Source of the DNA: an uncultured virus (IMG/VR IMGVR_UViG_3300013232_000195)
Taxonomy: Duplodnaviria; Heunggongvirae; Uroviricota; Caudoviricetes
IMG/VR virus record: IMGVR_UViG_3300013232_000195
Direction: 5' to 3' (one strand)
DNA length: 64,000 bases
Shown: one piece after another, positions 1-9,799 of the stretch
Layout of the letters: each line of letters starts with the position of its first letter
How positions within the stretch are numbered: the stretch's first letter is position 1
The notes under the pieces: model-generated
Told to the model about the DNA's origin: nothing
Databases searched by the model: none
Seen by the model: the letters and a program-made list of their open reading frames with translations, nothing else
Translations under genes and position numbers: made by a program

Positions 1-324
1 TACTTCGGCTCCGATAGTTGTAGCTGGGCCGAGATGTTATACTTCAACCTCAGAATGACGAGCACGGGATACCAGAAGTCGTTCTTGTACGTGGATGGGA
101 ATCTGTCAGTCGACTACGTTGGAAGATTCGAAAGATACGTGGAACATTTGGGCGAGGTCTGTTCCATCCTTGGGATTGAAGGCGGCAAGAAGCGTGAGGT
201 TCTAGCCAGGCATGAAAACGCTACGATTCATCTTCCCTACCGCCAGTACTATAATGAGGAAACGAAAGAACGTGTTCGCAGGATGTTCGAAGAGGACATA
301 GACACTTTCAAGTATGCGTTCTGA
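1..324 (+). CDS. Sulfotransferase family 2-like protein, C-terminal part (5' truncated by window)
   Basis: Frame is open from base 1; DYVGRFE ... YRQYY ... FEEDIDTFKYAF resembles the Sulfotransfer_2 C-terminus. Confidence 0.6.
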   Translation, partial: YFGSDSCSWAEMLYFNLRMTSTGYQKSFLYVDGNLSVDYVGRFERYVEHLGEVCSILGIEGGKKREVLARHENATIHLPYRQYYNEETKERVRRMFEEDIDTFKYAF

Positions 325-364
325 TTTCAAAGGATATTTTTAGAGTGATATGGTATAATCACAT

Positions 365-526
365 GATGCCACTGAGTTCCGTGGCAGTTGCCCGCAAGCC
401 TAATGGCTTGGGGTTCGGCCTCCAGTCGAGTGAGCCAGCTAATCACGCGGCATTCGTATGGCCTAGTCCATCAGGACCAGGCTCGGCTTTTGCCCTTGAG
501 CCACGGTAATCAAGGGCGTCTTTTTG
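365..526 (+). ncRNA. Structured leader or small RNA ending in an intrinsic terminator, upstream of thioredoxin
   Basis: TGGTATAAT at 351-359; hairpins TGCCAC/GTGGCA, CAAGCC/GGCTTG, AGTCGA/TCGGCT; terminator GCCCTTGA/TCAAGGGC followed by a T-run. Confidence 0.5.
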
Positions 527-536
527 TGAGGACAAC

Positions 537-878
537 ATGCTCGAAGTCAACTCTGTGAACTGGACCAAAGAAGTCAAGGACTCGAAAGTCCCCGTTCTCG
601 TGGATTGCTCAGCCGAGTGGTGTGGCCCATGCAAGATGCTCATGCCAGTCCTAAAGGACGTGGCGTCCAAGTATGCTGGCAGGATCAAGTTCGTGAAGCT
701 TGACGTGGACTTCAACACGGACTTGTCAAAAGACCTTGGCATATCCAGCATCCCGTGCTTGATCATGTTCAAGGAAGGGCATGAGACTGGGCGAATCGTG
801 GGCTATTCTGGAATCAATCCGATCATCGCTTGGCTGGAAAAACAAGAGAAGGGTAGCGAGTCCCAGCCGCCGAAATAA
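537..878 (+). CDS. trxA: Thioredoxin
   Basis: WCGPC active site, FVKLDVD, SIP cis-Pro motif; GAGGA RBS. Confidence 0.93.
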   Translation: MLEVNSVNWTKEVKDSKVPVLVDCSAEWCGPCKMLMPVLKDVASKYAGRIKFVKLDVDFNTDLSKDLGISSIPCLIMFKEGHETGRIVGYSGINPIIAWLEKQEKGSESQPPK

Positions 879-883
879 TCGGC

Positions 884-1552
884 ATGGGTAAGTTACGTCG
901 TTGGATACGCCAAGCCGCCCCTGATTTGAGAGCCTTGGAGCAACAGATCAGCTCCTCTGGCGAGACGTTGGGTAATCTAGGAACCGACCAAGTTCAAGTG
1001 GTCGGGGACTTCCAGCCTATCATCAACGTCAAGGGACATGGTCCAGTCAACGTTCCAATCACGCTGACCAGTGTCATCAACTCCATCAAGAGCTACCTCA
1101 ACAACTCGAATCGGCTTGCCGCAAACCCACAGCTACAAGAGTGGAAGCAAGCCATCAACTACATCACGGACATCAAGATCGGAGATTTCGGCCCTGGAGA
1201 GTTCGGACATGCCATATCCAAGGAGCCGCATACGATCTACGTGAATTGGGAAGGCATGCGCAAGCTCGTCGAGAACGCGGTCAACCAGCAAGTAGACGCA
1301 GCGTCCCAGGAGTTTGGCGTCCCGACAGAGCTAACGGACGACGTGATTGAGAGAATCAAGGTCAAGGTTGCAGAGCAGCTATATCGATGGGCCTCTTCGA
1401 CCGTGGCTCATGAGACGCGCCATGCCTTGGACTTCCAAGACGTGCTCACGAATATGTTGGGTGGACAAAAGGGCGACCTTGGTCAGGCCACTGAGTCACG
1501 GGCCGAGGCCGAGGAAAAGAGCGTCCAGAACGTACCTTTGCCTTCGTTCTAG
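884..1552 (+). CDS. Putative zinc metallopeptidase-motif protein, late-expressed
   Basis: VAHETRH (HExxH); late promoter motif at 849-876. Confidence 0.5.
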   Translation: MGKLRRWIRQAAPDLRALEQQISSSGETLGNLGTDQVQVVGDFQPIINVKGHGPVNVPITLTSVINSIKSYLNNSNRLAANPQLQEWKQAINYITDIKIGDFGPGEFGHAISKEPHTIYVNWEGMRKLVENAVNQQVDAASQEFGVPTELTDDVIERIKVKVAEQLYRWASSTVAHETRHALDFQDVLTNMLGGQKGDLGQATESRAEAEEKSVQNVPLPSF

Positions 1553-1826
1553 AAAGAGATTATGCAAACCATTATGCGTGGGATTGGCATGGCCCTTGGC
1601 CTCGTGATCATGACATTTAACGTCTTCTACGTTTGGGTCAAATGCAGCCTCTTTGGGGGTAGAAAGAAATGATGAACTTCATCCTTGGATTCTTGTGTGG
1701 GATACTCTTCTCGATAGGCGTGATCTTCTTCCTGAAGTGGCTTTCCGCATCCATCCACAAAATGGACTACATTTAGAAAAAGGCCCTTCTTGCCATGTAT
1801 GATTTTGGCAAGGAGGAGTTGATTTA

Positions 1827-2174
1827 ATGGACCAGAACATCGTCAAGAACCTAGGTGACAAACCCGTCGTCATCTGCGAGTACATGGCCGACCTTCTCGT
1901 CAGCATCCCTTCCAAGAACGCCACGCTAACCAATGATGCCCCGCCAATCCACGTCGGGGCCAGTCCGAAAGAGCAGACCGCCTTGTCCTATAAGCGTGCG
2001 TTCATGGCGATGATGAAAGAGAAGATGATGAACGAGCTTCAGTCATGGAACATGATTGCGGATCGGATGAAGGCTGACGACCTGTTCCCAGAGAGCGCCA
2101 CGATTAGCTGGGACGAGTTGCTCGAGTTCGTGAGTAAGATGGAAGGCCAAGTCGTGCCTCCATCACTGCAATAG
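1827..2174 (+). CDS. Hypothetical protein
   Basis: AGGAGGAG RBS, coherent ORF. Confidence 0.7.
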   Translation: MDQNIVKNLGDKPVVICEYMADLLVSIPSKNATLTNDAPPIHVGASPKEQTALSYKRAFMAMMKEKMMNELQSWNMIADRMKADDLFPESATISWDELLEFVSKMEGQVVPPSLQ

Positions 2175-2201
2175 GCAAACAGAAGCAAAGGAGACGTTTG
2201 G

Positions 2202-2567
2202 GTGAATGCAATTCTTTTCGTCCAGTTTAAGGATGCCGCAAAGGCGGGTCCTCTGGGATTCAGCGTGGAGTATCCTTATCCAGTCTATCAGATCGAGCCT
2301 GTAGACAAGGATGATGGGTCTTTATCGGCTCAGTTCCTTTTGGCCAACAGAGAGGGAAGCTTCTGCTGGATTGATCAAGAAGACCTCAAGCGGGTCAAGG
2401 GACAAGCCCAGAACGGCTCTGGACGCAAGTTCCAGCCCAATGGGCAGTCTCGGCGCGGAGAAGGTAACCGTCGCGAGCCGAGGGAGCGCTTTGGTGACCG
2501 ACAGTACCATGATCCCGTTCAGAACAACCCTCAGTACGTGAACCCACAAGGTCTACCGCAAGAGTAA
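2202..2567 (+). CDS. Hypothetical protein
   Basis: AAGGAG RBS, GTG start. Confidence 0.65.
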   Translation: MNAILFVQFKDAAKAGPLGFSVEYPYPVYQIEPVDKDDGSLSAQFLLANREGSFCWIDQEDLKRVKGQAQNGSGRKFQPNGQSRRGEGNRREPRERFGDRQYHDPVQNNPQYVNPQGLPQE

Positions 2568-2614
2568 AAGGATCGTCTGGTTCTCCCAAGGAATATGTAT
2601 CCTGGAGGACCAGA
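2568..2614 (+). promoter_or_regulatory. Putative late promoter inside an RBS-occluding hairpin
   Basis: AAGGA(2568-72)-N18-GAATA(2591-95); TCTGGTTCTCC (2576-86) pairs with GGAGGACCAGA (2604-14). Confidence 0.6.
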
Positions 2615-3099
2615 TGCTCATCATCGTCGCGGCGGATACGGTTGGCGGGGTGCCTGGCGTTAGCGCTACACCCACCGCCATGGGCGTTAATCCTGCTCCG
2701 GTCACCAACGTACCTTCCAACGTATACATGTCCGTCCTCACGAAGACGCCTGGCGTCTTCGTGGACACGCTCAAGCAAGTTCCAGAAGCGATGGCAAGCG
2801 TTCTACAACAGAACCCAGCGTTAATAGCCAATGACGCGACGGTATTGGCAAACTTGCCTCAAGTTTTGGCCACGAATGGCAACATCATGAACGCCTTGCC
2901 AGACGCCATGTTCATGAATCAGCCCACGATGGACGCATGGTCTAAGAACAACGCCTTCATTGCCGCGATGTTGCAAAACCAGTTATTCATGACGGCCCTT
3001 AACACGAACCCAGCCACTAGGAACGCTGTTTCACAGATCTCCAGCGAGGCTGCGCAAGCCGCTGGACCAGCGGCGGCTGGCGGTGGTGCTGTCAGATAG
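2614..3099 (+). CDS. Ala/Asn/Pro-rich hypothetical protein, possibly virion-associated
   Basis: GGAGG RBS; late promoter; low-charge composition. Confidence 0.6.
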   Translation: MLIIVAADTVGGVPGVSATPTAMGVNPAPVTNVPSNVYMSVLTKTPGVFVDTLKQVPEAMASVLQQNPALIANDATVLANLPQVLATNGNIMNALPDAMFMNQPTMDAWSKNNAFIAAMLQNQLFMTALNTNPATRNAVSQISSEAAQAAGPAAAGGGAVR

Positions 3100-3240
3100 T
3101 TTCTTCCTTGACTCTTCTTTAACTCAAAAAAGATCAACTATCTCATGTTGGATTGCTCGACCCAAGGATTTGCATGACTATGTAAAGGAATATGAAACAC
3201 TCTCCTGGAATAACAGAGAGGAATCCCAGGAGAAATAGGA

Positions 3241-4017
3241 ATGATAACTACATGTAAGCAATGCGGAGAGTTGTTCAAAACCAACAATACAAAAAGGATT
3301 TTTTGTTCTCATCAATGTTATGCAGACTCAAGGAGAAAATTCCCGTCTTGGATAAAAGTGAAATGCGAAATATGCAACAAGGAACTTGATGTTAAAGGTA
3401 CTAGGACGGGTAAGTTCCACACTTGTTCAATTGAGTGTAGATCAGAAAGGTCTAGGCGGATACTTTCCGATAAAAAAAATATAACTTGTCCTGTTTGCAA
3501 CAAGCAGTTTGAAGTGAAAAAATCTCACTCATCAAAGAGGACGTACTGTTCAAAAACATGCCAGGCAACAGCCTATTCAACTAGATACCTTGGAACATGC
3601 AATCCGAACTTCAGAAATGCAAAAACCAGAAGTGGTTACAGGATGATGATTCCTTTGCCTAATAAAAAGTGCATGCCACTGCATAAGTTGGTTGTGCTTG
3701 AAACTCTTGGTGTTTCAAAAATAAAGAAAGGCCTATGCATTCATCATAGAGATTGTCAAACAGAGAATAATTTTCCTCAAAATCTTGTTGTACTGACTAC
3801 GTCGGATCATTGGTGGCTGCACAAGCAATTTGGCAACGCTGGTCTATGGGCATTTTGTAATGGAAAATTATCTCTTGACGAGGCGTGCAGTTGGAGTAAT
3901 AATCCAGAACTAGCGAGACGGTTGTTGCCCATGAACGTCGTTGACCAAGTTCATTTAGCTTCGGAGATAAGCGATGATCAAGCTCAAAAAAACGATGGAA
4001 ACGGCCAAGTTGCCTGA
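3241..4017 (+). CDS. HNH homing endonuclease with repeated CxxC...CSxxC zinc fingers
   Basis: Three C-x2-C...CS-x2-C repeats; IHHRD...NN.PQNL...H HNH motif; AT-rich relative to flanks. Confidence 0.85.
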   Translation: MITTCKQCGELFKTNNTKRIFCSHQCYADSRRKFPSWIKVKCEICNKELDVKGTRTGKFHTCSIECRSERSRRILSDKKNITCPVCNKQFEVKKSHSSKRTYCSKTCQATAYSTRYLGTCNPNFRNAKTRSGYRMMIPLPNKKCMPLHKLVVLETLGVSKIKKGLCIHHRDCQTENNFPQNLVVLTTSDHWWLHKQFGNAGLWAFCNGKLSLDEACSWSNNPELARRLLPMNVVDQVHLASEISDDQAQKNDGNGQVA

Positions 4018-4402
4018 GTATGCAAATGATGCGGCGACGGGAGCAGATTGCTTCTTACCAGAAGATGTAAGGCTTTCTCCTGGTCTTGTAACCATGGTTG
4101 ATTTGGGCTTGCTTTTGTGCGATTGTCCATATCATATCGAATTGCAAATAAGAATGCGATCTGGTTGGGCCAAGAAGGGTGTGATGTTGGCCAACGGCAT
4201 AGGAAGTGTGGATTCAGATTATCGAGGAAACCTAAAGGTCTTGCTCTTCAACTCAACCCCAGTTGAGATCGCCTTGTCCAAGGGAGACAGAATCGTCCAA
4301 TTGGTTCCCGCTGCACGACTTCAGCACCATAAGTTTGAATGGTCTGATATCGTATGTCAGACCAAACGCGGCGAGGGTGGATTCGGTCATACTGGGGACT
4401 AG
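3974..4402 (+). CDS. dut: Trimeric dUTPase
   Basis: GAD, RSG, GSVDSDYRG, GDRIVQL and RGEGGFGHTG motifs. Confidence 0.93.
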   Translation: MIKLKKTMETAKLPEYANDAATGADCFLPEDVRLSPGLVTMVDLGLLLCDCPYHIELQIRMRSGWAKKGVMLANGIGSVDSDYRGNLKVLLFNSTPVEIALSKGDRIVQLVPAARLQHHKFEWSDIVCQTKRGEGGFGHTGD

Positions 4403-4834
4403 CCGCAAGACGTGGCGGCGGGTTCGGGCACACGGGACAAAAATGAGGAAAATGAGCTAGGCTATGCGATTATCCATGCCATTTATGGAGACTGAGCGCA
4501 TAAATGGTACGGACGTGGGACAGTTCTCATTTCCGCAACGTGAGACTTGTGAACGCGTTAAAACTCGTCAATGCTCTCTGGCCTCCATAATGGTAGGAGG
4601 CTAGTCATGAGCGAACTTGTGATGTGTCCGATTTGCCGCATGATTTGGGAATACAAGGGCAAATGTATCTTTCGAGGGAAGATGTACGATCCCAATCCGA
4701 CGAAGCGTGGGATTTGTACTTGTCCAGAATGTGAGGCTGAGCCAGTTCCTCCTCATATTCCTCCCAATGGCTCTGGAGTAGTGGGTGATCCTTCTCCTTG
4801 GCAAGAAAATGCAATCAAGGCCTTGGAAGGTTGA

Positions 4835-5482
4835 ATGAGGTTTATATACCATCACTGCATGAGCATCAAGGACGTCTCTTTCAAGGAGATCGTCCCTGAT
4901 CCAGTTTATAGCTTCCGCAAGTCAGTCGAGGAAGGTCTGCCTTACGGCAGAAGTACGACGGACTATTGCTGCGACCTACACGCGAACTGGTGGCTCGAGA
5001 AGCAGTTCGGCTTCTACCCTCTCTTTCTCGCTGTCGGTCATACCTACGAAGACATAAACATGAGCGGATACCCATACCAGTGGTCCCGTATAGTTTCCAC
5101 CTCCTATGACCAAGAAAGAAAGAAAACAGTTCACGTCTTGCGCAAACCAGGAGAGTTCAGGAATGACGTCTTGTTCTCGTACGAGAACCTAGAAGGCGTC
5201 AGGTTCGTGGACTACGACTACTGGTTTTGGATCCTGAATGCGTGCCTTGATGATCCAATTCCAGAGTATGTCAAGCGCCTGGTCATTAAGCCATCTTGGA
5301 ACAAGGCGGATTGGTTGCGTAAAGCGAGGAAAGAGCCCCATCACGTCATGGGCGTCATTCCAAGGCTAGACTTGCGCTTGGCTGATCGCATTTGGGTCAG
5401 GAATGCAAGCTCGGCTAAACTCCTTGCCGACATGGGTTTCAATAAGGTAAAGGTCAAGCGTATGAGAAAACCAAAATGGTAA
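4835..5482 (+). CDS. Hypothetical protein
   Basis: Long coherent ORF within a gene run. Confidence 0.65.
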   Translation: MRFIYHHCMSIKDVSFKEIVPDPVYSFRKSVEEGLPYGRSTTDYCCDLHANWWLEKQFGFYPLFLAVGHTYEDINMSGYPYQWSRIVSTSYDQERKKTVHVLRKPGEFRNDVLFSYENLEGVRFVDYDYWFWILNACLDDPIPEYVKRLVIKPSWNKADWLRKARKEPHHVMGVIPRLDLRLADRIWVRNASSAKLLADMGFNKVKVKRMRKPKW

Positions 5483-5484
5483 TT

Positions 5485-5517
5485 CGTGCTTGACTCCATA
5501 TCGAACCATGCTAGGAT
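5485..5517 (+). promoter_or_regulatory. Sigma70-like promoter with 16-bp spacer and CGTGC element
   Basis: CGTGC-TTGACT-N16-TAGGAT; the same geometry recurs across the window. Confidence 0.65.
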
Positions 5518-5538
5518 GCCGCTCGGAGGAACATAGGA

Positions 5539-6672
5539 ATGGCCATCTTCGTCCCCAAGACTTGCCGAGTCGGATTCCAGAAGCGCGAGGACACGTTTGC
5601 GGGGCAACTTGCCTACGTGATCTACTACGACAACGATTTGGTCTTGCGCAAGCAGAAAAGCTGGGACGGTTGGCGAGACCATAAGATCCCACCCATCGAC
5701 ATCGAGAACAAGCCGACCTCTGGGTGGGTTCTCAACAAGGGCCTCCGTCGCTACAGTTGGTCGCATTTCGGCTCGGGCCGATCCGTGATCCGCATCTACG
5801 ACCCGCGTGGCGTGGAGTTCGAGATTACCCCAGAAAACCTCATCGGCTTGCTCATGCATACGGACTGCTCCAAGAGGGAGATCCAAGGCGATTTGGTGTA
5901 TGCCTGGAACGGAACCGAACTCATGTTGTTGCCTTGTAGCAGCGAGGATTACCAAGAAGCGGTCGCATACACCAAGCTTCAAGGCAGAGGAAAGAGCGTC
6001 AGCGCCAAGGACTTGAAGGAAGGCTTCACGTACGTCACAAAGCACAACGAACAGTTGACGTACCTTGGCCGACACATGTGGTACGCTCCAGCGAGCTACT
6101 ACTCAAATCACGAAAAGCGCCATGGCAAGATGGAACACATCTTCTGCTACATGGCTCCCGAAGAAGAGTCTTACGAAGAATACGAGGATGACCTTGACGC
6201 GATGGCCGAGGCTGAAACCAAGCCCAAAAAGTCCGTTGATGTCCTCAAGTTCAAGGCTGTAAAAAGCGTTCCGTCATTGATAGCCGATGTTCTCACTGAC
6301 CATGCCCACGACCAGACGGCGAACTGGATCGATGCATTCAAGAAAACGGAGGAATCGTCGAAGATAGTCAGTTGGGTCAAGAAGCCTCTTCCAGAAAGTC
6401 GTTGGAAGTTGAAGGAATCTCACCATGAGATTCAAGCCACCATTGAAGTGGGTGGAAACTTCTACACGGTTAGGATCCGAGAACCGTATCGGTGGGGAGT
6501 CAGAGATAATGGGACCAAAGGCTTGCACTACTCAAAATCCACTTTGATCCATAAGGACGGTGGGTACGACTACTGCTCAAGCGAGAGTGAAATCAAGGTA
6601 GAGGATCGCTCGATCTTCTTCGACCTTTACGCCGTCTTTGAGAACGGCCTTAAAAAGAAATGGAGCCGATGA
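5539..6672 (+). CDS. Conserved phage protein of unknown function
   Basis: LAYVIYYD...SWDGWRD...IYDPRGVEFEITPENL resembles a widespread phage family (recollection, not searched). Confidence 0.7.
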   Translation: MAIFVPKTCRVGFQKREDTFAGQLAYVIYYDNDLVLRKQKSWDGWRDHKIPPIDIENKPTSGWVLNKGLRRYSWSHFGSGRSVIRIYDPRGVEFEITPENLIGLLMHTDCSKREIQGDLVYAWNGTELMLLPCSSEDYQEAVAYTKLQGRGKSVSAKDLKEGFTYVTKHNEQLTYLGRHMWYAPASYYSNHEKRHGKMEHIFCYMAPEEESYEEYEDDLDAMAEAETKPKKSVDVLKFKAVKSVPSLIADVLTDHAHDQTANWIDAFKKTEESSKIVSWVKKPLPESRWKLKESHHEIQATIEVGGNFYTVRIREPYRWGVRDNGTKGLHYSKSTLIHKDGGYDYCSSESEIKVEDRSIFFDLYAVFENGLKKKWSR

Positions 6673-7103
6673 TGCCAAACGAACTCGATGCCAAGGTCCT
6701 GAAGTTGATGGAAGACGTGAAGAAGCGTAGGGAGCGCGTCGGCTCTCTGAAGAAACCACAATGGAATACTTCTTGCTCCTTGCAGCTTCCTGGGCACGAC
6801 CGCCTCAACATTCAGGTTTGCAGTGACTTGAGCCTTCTCGCCTTCGTCTGCGGGACGCTCAACCGAATGTCACAAGACATCACGGCTGCCGCCAAGGAAC
6901 TGGATGTCCAGATCGAGCCAAAGTGGCAGAACTATGCCATCCAAGACTGGATCTCCGACATCAAGCTGCGTGTCCGCATCACGCAAATCAAAACCGAGCA
7001 AGATAAGCTCGCTGCCCTTGAGACCAAGTTGAAGGGCTTGACCAGCGAGGATCAGCGTCGAAAGATGGCCTTGGAAGAGATTGAAGCCGATCTTCAGGGC
7101 TGA
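6669..7103 (+). CDS. Coiled-coil hypothetical protein coupled to the upstream gene
   Basis: ATGA overlap; heptad-rich C-terminus. Confidence 0.7.
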   Translation: MMPNELDAKVLKLMEDVKKRRERVGSLKKPQWNTSCSLQLPGHDRLNIQVCSDLSLLAFVCGTLNRMSQDITAAAKELDVQIEPKWQNYAIQDWISDIKLRVRITQIKTEQDKLAALETKLKGLTSEDQRRKMALEEIEADLQG

Positions 7104-7168
7104 TCCACCCAATCCGTGCCTTGACTTCCGCATGCCTAGTGGTAGATTTGTCGTGGAAGGAGAAGAGC

Positions 7169-7402
7169 ATGGCGCGAATCAAGGTTCGTGGGTCTAGCAA
7201 AAAGGCCATCGTGGATGACGAGGACTATAAGGAACTTAGCAAGTACGAATGGTTCCTTTTCGATCGTAAAGATGGGATTGGCCCCCAAGCTTGTCGAGTC
7301 ACGGAAGATGGTGAAATCATCAGTATGGCAGAAGAGGTCATGATGAATATGGTCAATCAGGCGATGTCGATAGAAAAAGACAAACGGGCGAATCTCAACT
7401 AG
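7169..7402 (+). CDS. Small protein resembling the N-terminus of HNH/AP2 endonucleases, lacking the nuclease motif
   Basis: KKAIVDDEDYKELSKYEW; own promoter at 7121-7148. Confidence 0.5.
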   Translation: MARIKVRGSSKKAIVDDEDYKELSKYEWFLFDRKDGIGPQACRVTEDGEIISMAEEVMMNMVNQAMSIEKDKRANLN

Positions 7403-7467
7403 CGGAAAAATTCGTGCCTTGACTCGTTCCAAGGGCATGATAGAATTCATGCAATGGAGGACAACTA

Positions 7468-8697
7468 GTGTCCAAGCGCAAAGACGACGACCAACCCATG
7501 ATCGATTTCGGAGAGGCCGAGGCCACCCCGAACATAGCAGTTTCGACTCCAATCACAAGTCAGCCGCTCAAAATCCCAGACAGCGTCAAGGCGGCTTGCG
7601 CCACGCTTCCCGTCCTCTATTCCAAGCGCTCCGATGGCAAGATCCAGGAGTGGTGGATTGAGGTTGATGGCGACAAGTACCGCATGGTCTCGGGCATCAT
7701 CAACGGAGAGCATGTGACCTCCAATTGGACCGTGGCCCAGCCCAAGAACGCTGGCCGCGCCAATGCGACGACCGCCGTTGAGCAAGCCATTTCCGAGGCC
7801 AAGTCGGCATGGCAGAAGAAGCGCGATCTCAAGTACTTCGAGACTGCCAAGGAAGCCGAGGAATCCGAGCAGTTCAAATGCATGCTCGCCCAGAAGTTCA
7901 ATGACTACGAGGACGAGGTCACCTACCCCGTTTGGACGCAACCCAAGCTTGACGGCATGCGTTGCGACACCACTGTCGGGGCGATGGTCTCGCGGAATGG
8001 GAAGCTGATCGTGTCCGCTCCCCACATCCTCAAGGCTCTGGAGCCGATCTTTGCCGAGGATCCGAGTCTGCGATTTGACGGGGAGTTGTACTGCAACAAG
8101 CTGGCCAATGACTTCAACGCCATCATCAGCCATGTCCGCAAGACCAAGCCCACTGCGGAAGACCTCAAGGCCAGCGCCGAGGCGATCCAGTACTGGATCT
8201 ATGACCTCCCCAGCCATGGGGGCAAGTTCTCCGAGCGCAGCGCGGCCCTTGAAACGTTGCTCAAGAAGCATCCGCATCCGAGTCTAGTCTTCGTCCCCAC
8301 GTACCTCGCGGCCAACCGTCAGATCCTTGACTCCTTCTATGAGAAGTGGCTGGAAGAGGGATACGAAGGTCAGATGGTCCGAATCGATTCCGCGTACGAG
8401 AATAAGAGGGCGAAGTGTCTCTTGAAGCGCAAGGAGTTCGAAGATGGTGAGTTTGAGATCCTTGGCGTGTATGAGGGCATCGGGAACCGCGCTGGAACGG
8501 CTGGCTATATGGCCTTCAAGACCAAGGACGGGAAACCGTTCAAGAGCAACATCAAGGGCGGCATGGAATGGTACAAGAAGCTGTGGCTTGAGAAGGACGA
8601 ACTGGTCGGAAAGCAAGCCACCTTGCGCTTCTTCAAGCCGACGCCAGATGGCATCCCGCGTTTCCCGTTTGTGCATTCAATCCGAGATTTCGAGTAA
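7468..8697 (+). CDS. ATP-dependent DNA ligase
   Basis: QPKLDGMR (motif I), FDGELY, YEGQMVR, LLKRKEF, C-terminal PRFP OB-fold. Confidence 0.93.
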   Translation: MSKRKDDDQPMIDFGEAEATPNIAVSTPITSQPLKIPDSVKAACATLPVLYSKRSDGKIQEWWIEVDGDKYRMVSGIINGEHVTSNWTVAQPKNAGRANATTAVEQAISEAKSAWQKKRDLKYFETAKEAEESEQFKCMLAQKFNDYEDEVTYPVWTQPKLDGMRCDTTVGAMVSRNGKLIVSAPHILKALEPIFAEDPSLRFDGELYCNKLANDFNAIISHVRKTKPTAEDLKASAEAIQYWIYDLPSHGGKFSERSAALETLLKKHPHPSLVFVPTYLAANRQILDSFYEKWLEEGYEGQMVRIDSAYENKRAKCLLKRKEFEDGEFEILGVYEGIGNRAGTAGYMAFKTKDGKPFKSNIKGGMEWYKKLWLEKDELVGKQATLRFFKPTPDGIPRFPFVHSIRDFE

Positions 8698-8709
8698 TAG
8701 GGAGTAGAC

Positions 8710-8931
8710 ATGGAAAATCCAGAGATTACCAAGCCTTGTCCCTTTTGCGGGACGCCACCAAGAGTGGAAGACGGGGAACATGAGTCAAACATGAAGTTCC
8801 AGTACTTCATGGGGTCGAAGGAACGACCTCATTACGTTCAGTGCATAATGTGCGGGGCGACTGGCCCGTTGTCAGCGACGGAGCAGGAAGCCGCAGACGA
8901 GTGGAACAACGCCAAGTGTTGGAGCGAGTAA
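8710..8931 (+). CDS. Lar-like (restriction alleviation) zinc-binding protein
   Basis: KPCPFCG...VQCIMCGATGP...EAADEWN. Confidence 0.7.
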   Translation: MENPEITKPCPFCGTPPRVEDGEHESNMKFQYFMGSKERPHYVQCIMCGATGPLSATEQEAADEWNNAKCWSE

Positions 8932-9460
8932 GATGGAGTCTGCATACTACCAGATTCAATGCAGGACGGTTGGAGAGACCGTATACTGGACACATACCAG
9001 CGAGCCGCCACATCACAATTTTTGGGTATGGGGGTTCTTTCCTGATCTGGGAAATGATGATGAAGGGTATGGGTATGTTGACTTGGTTCATTTGGATGAT
9101 CGTTATCTATTTTGTGATAGGAATGGAGTCTGCGATCCACAGCCTTTGTTGTGGGCCGCGATAGTCCATCCATTACTTCCTCTCCATCAAGAGAAGTTTT
9201 TCAAAACTCCAGATGAATGCCGAAAGGCCGTTCTGAAGCATATTACCAAGAAAGGAAGCAAGTGAAATGTACGTCGACGTGATGTTCAAGACCCCCGACG
9301 CGGTTCAAACGGCCATAGACCGTATGGGCTTGAGTGAAGACGATCGAGAACTCGCGGAACGCCAATGCAAAAAGTGGGTTCAGTATGGGGAATGCGTAAG
9401 GATACGCATTCACTTGGATACGGGTGAGGCAGAGGTTCTTCCAGCGAACTGAGGAAAGTC

Positions 9461-9799
9461 ATGGAAAAGAAAAAGAAGAGGCTCGCCACTCCGCTTCCTC
9501 GGAAGCTACACATCGACGGCAAGGTCTGGACATACAAGCCAGGGACTTGCAATTCTTGGTCCAGTACGGTGGTTCTGAATCCTGAGAGAACCAAGAAGTG
9601 GCGCATTCCGATCCGAGAGCTACACCCTGACTACCCAGATTTGAACGACACGGAGTGGTATGCCGACGGGGATTACGATGACGACGAGGAGGTTGCCTTC
9701 GCCAAGAAGTTCGAGATTACCCCGAGTCTCGTGAAAGAACACATCATCAAGAACATCATTGGAGGGAAGGCTTGTGTCGTCAGACCAACCAACAAATGA
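9461..9799 (+). CDS. Hypothetical protein, paralog of 42431..42919
   Basis: Shared KRLAxPLxRKxHIDGxxWTYxPG and TPSxVKExI. Confidence 0.7.
   Translation: MEKKKKRLATPLPRKLHIDGKVWTYKPGTCNSWSSTVVLNPERTKKWRIPIRELHPDYPDLNDTEWYADGDYDDDEEVAFAKKFEITPSLVKEHIIKNIIGGKACVVRPTNK

Noticed and set aside
365..526. Known riboswitch or ribozyme (c-di-GMP, hammerhead, HDV-like)
   Set aside because: Diagnostic conserved cores were not found by eye; kept only as an unnamed structured RNA
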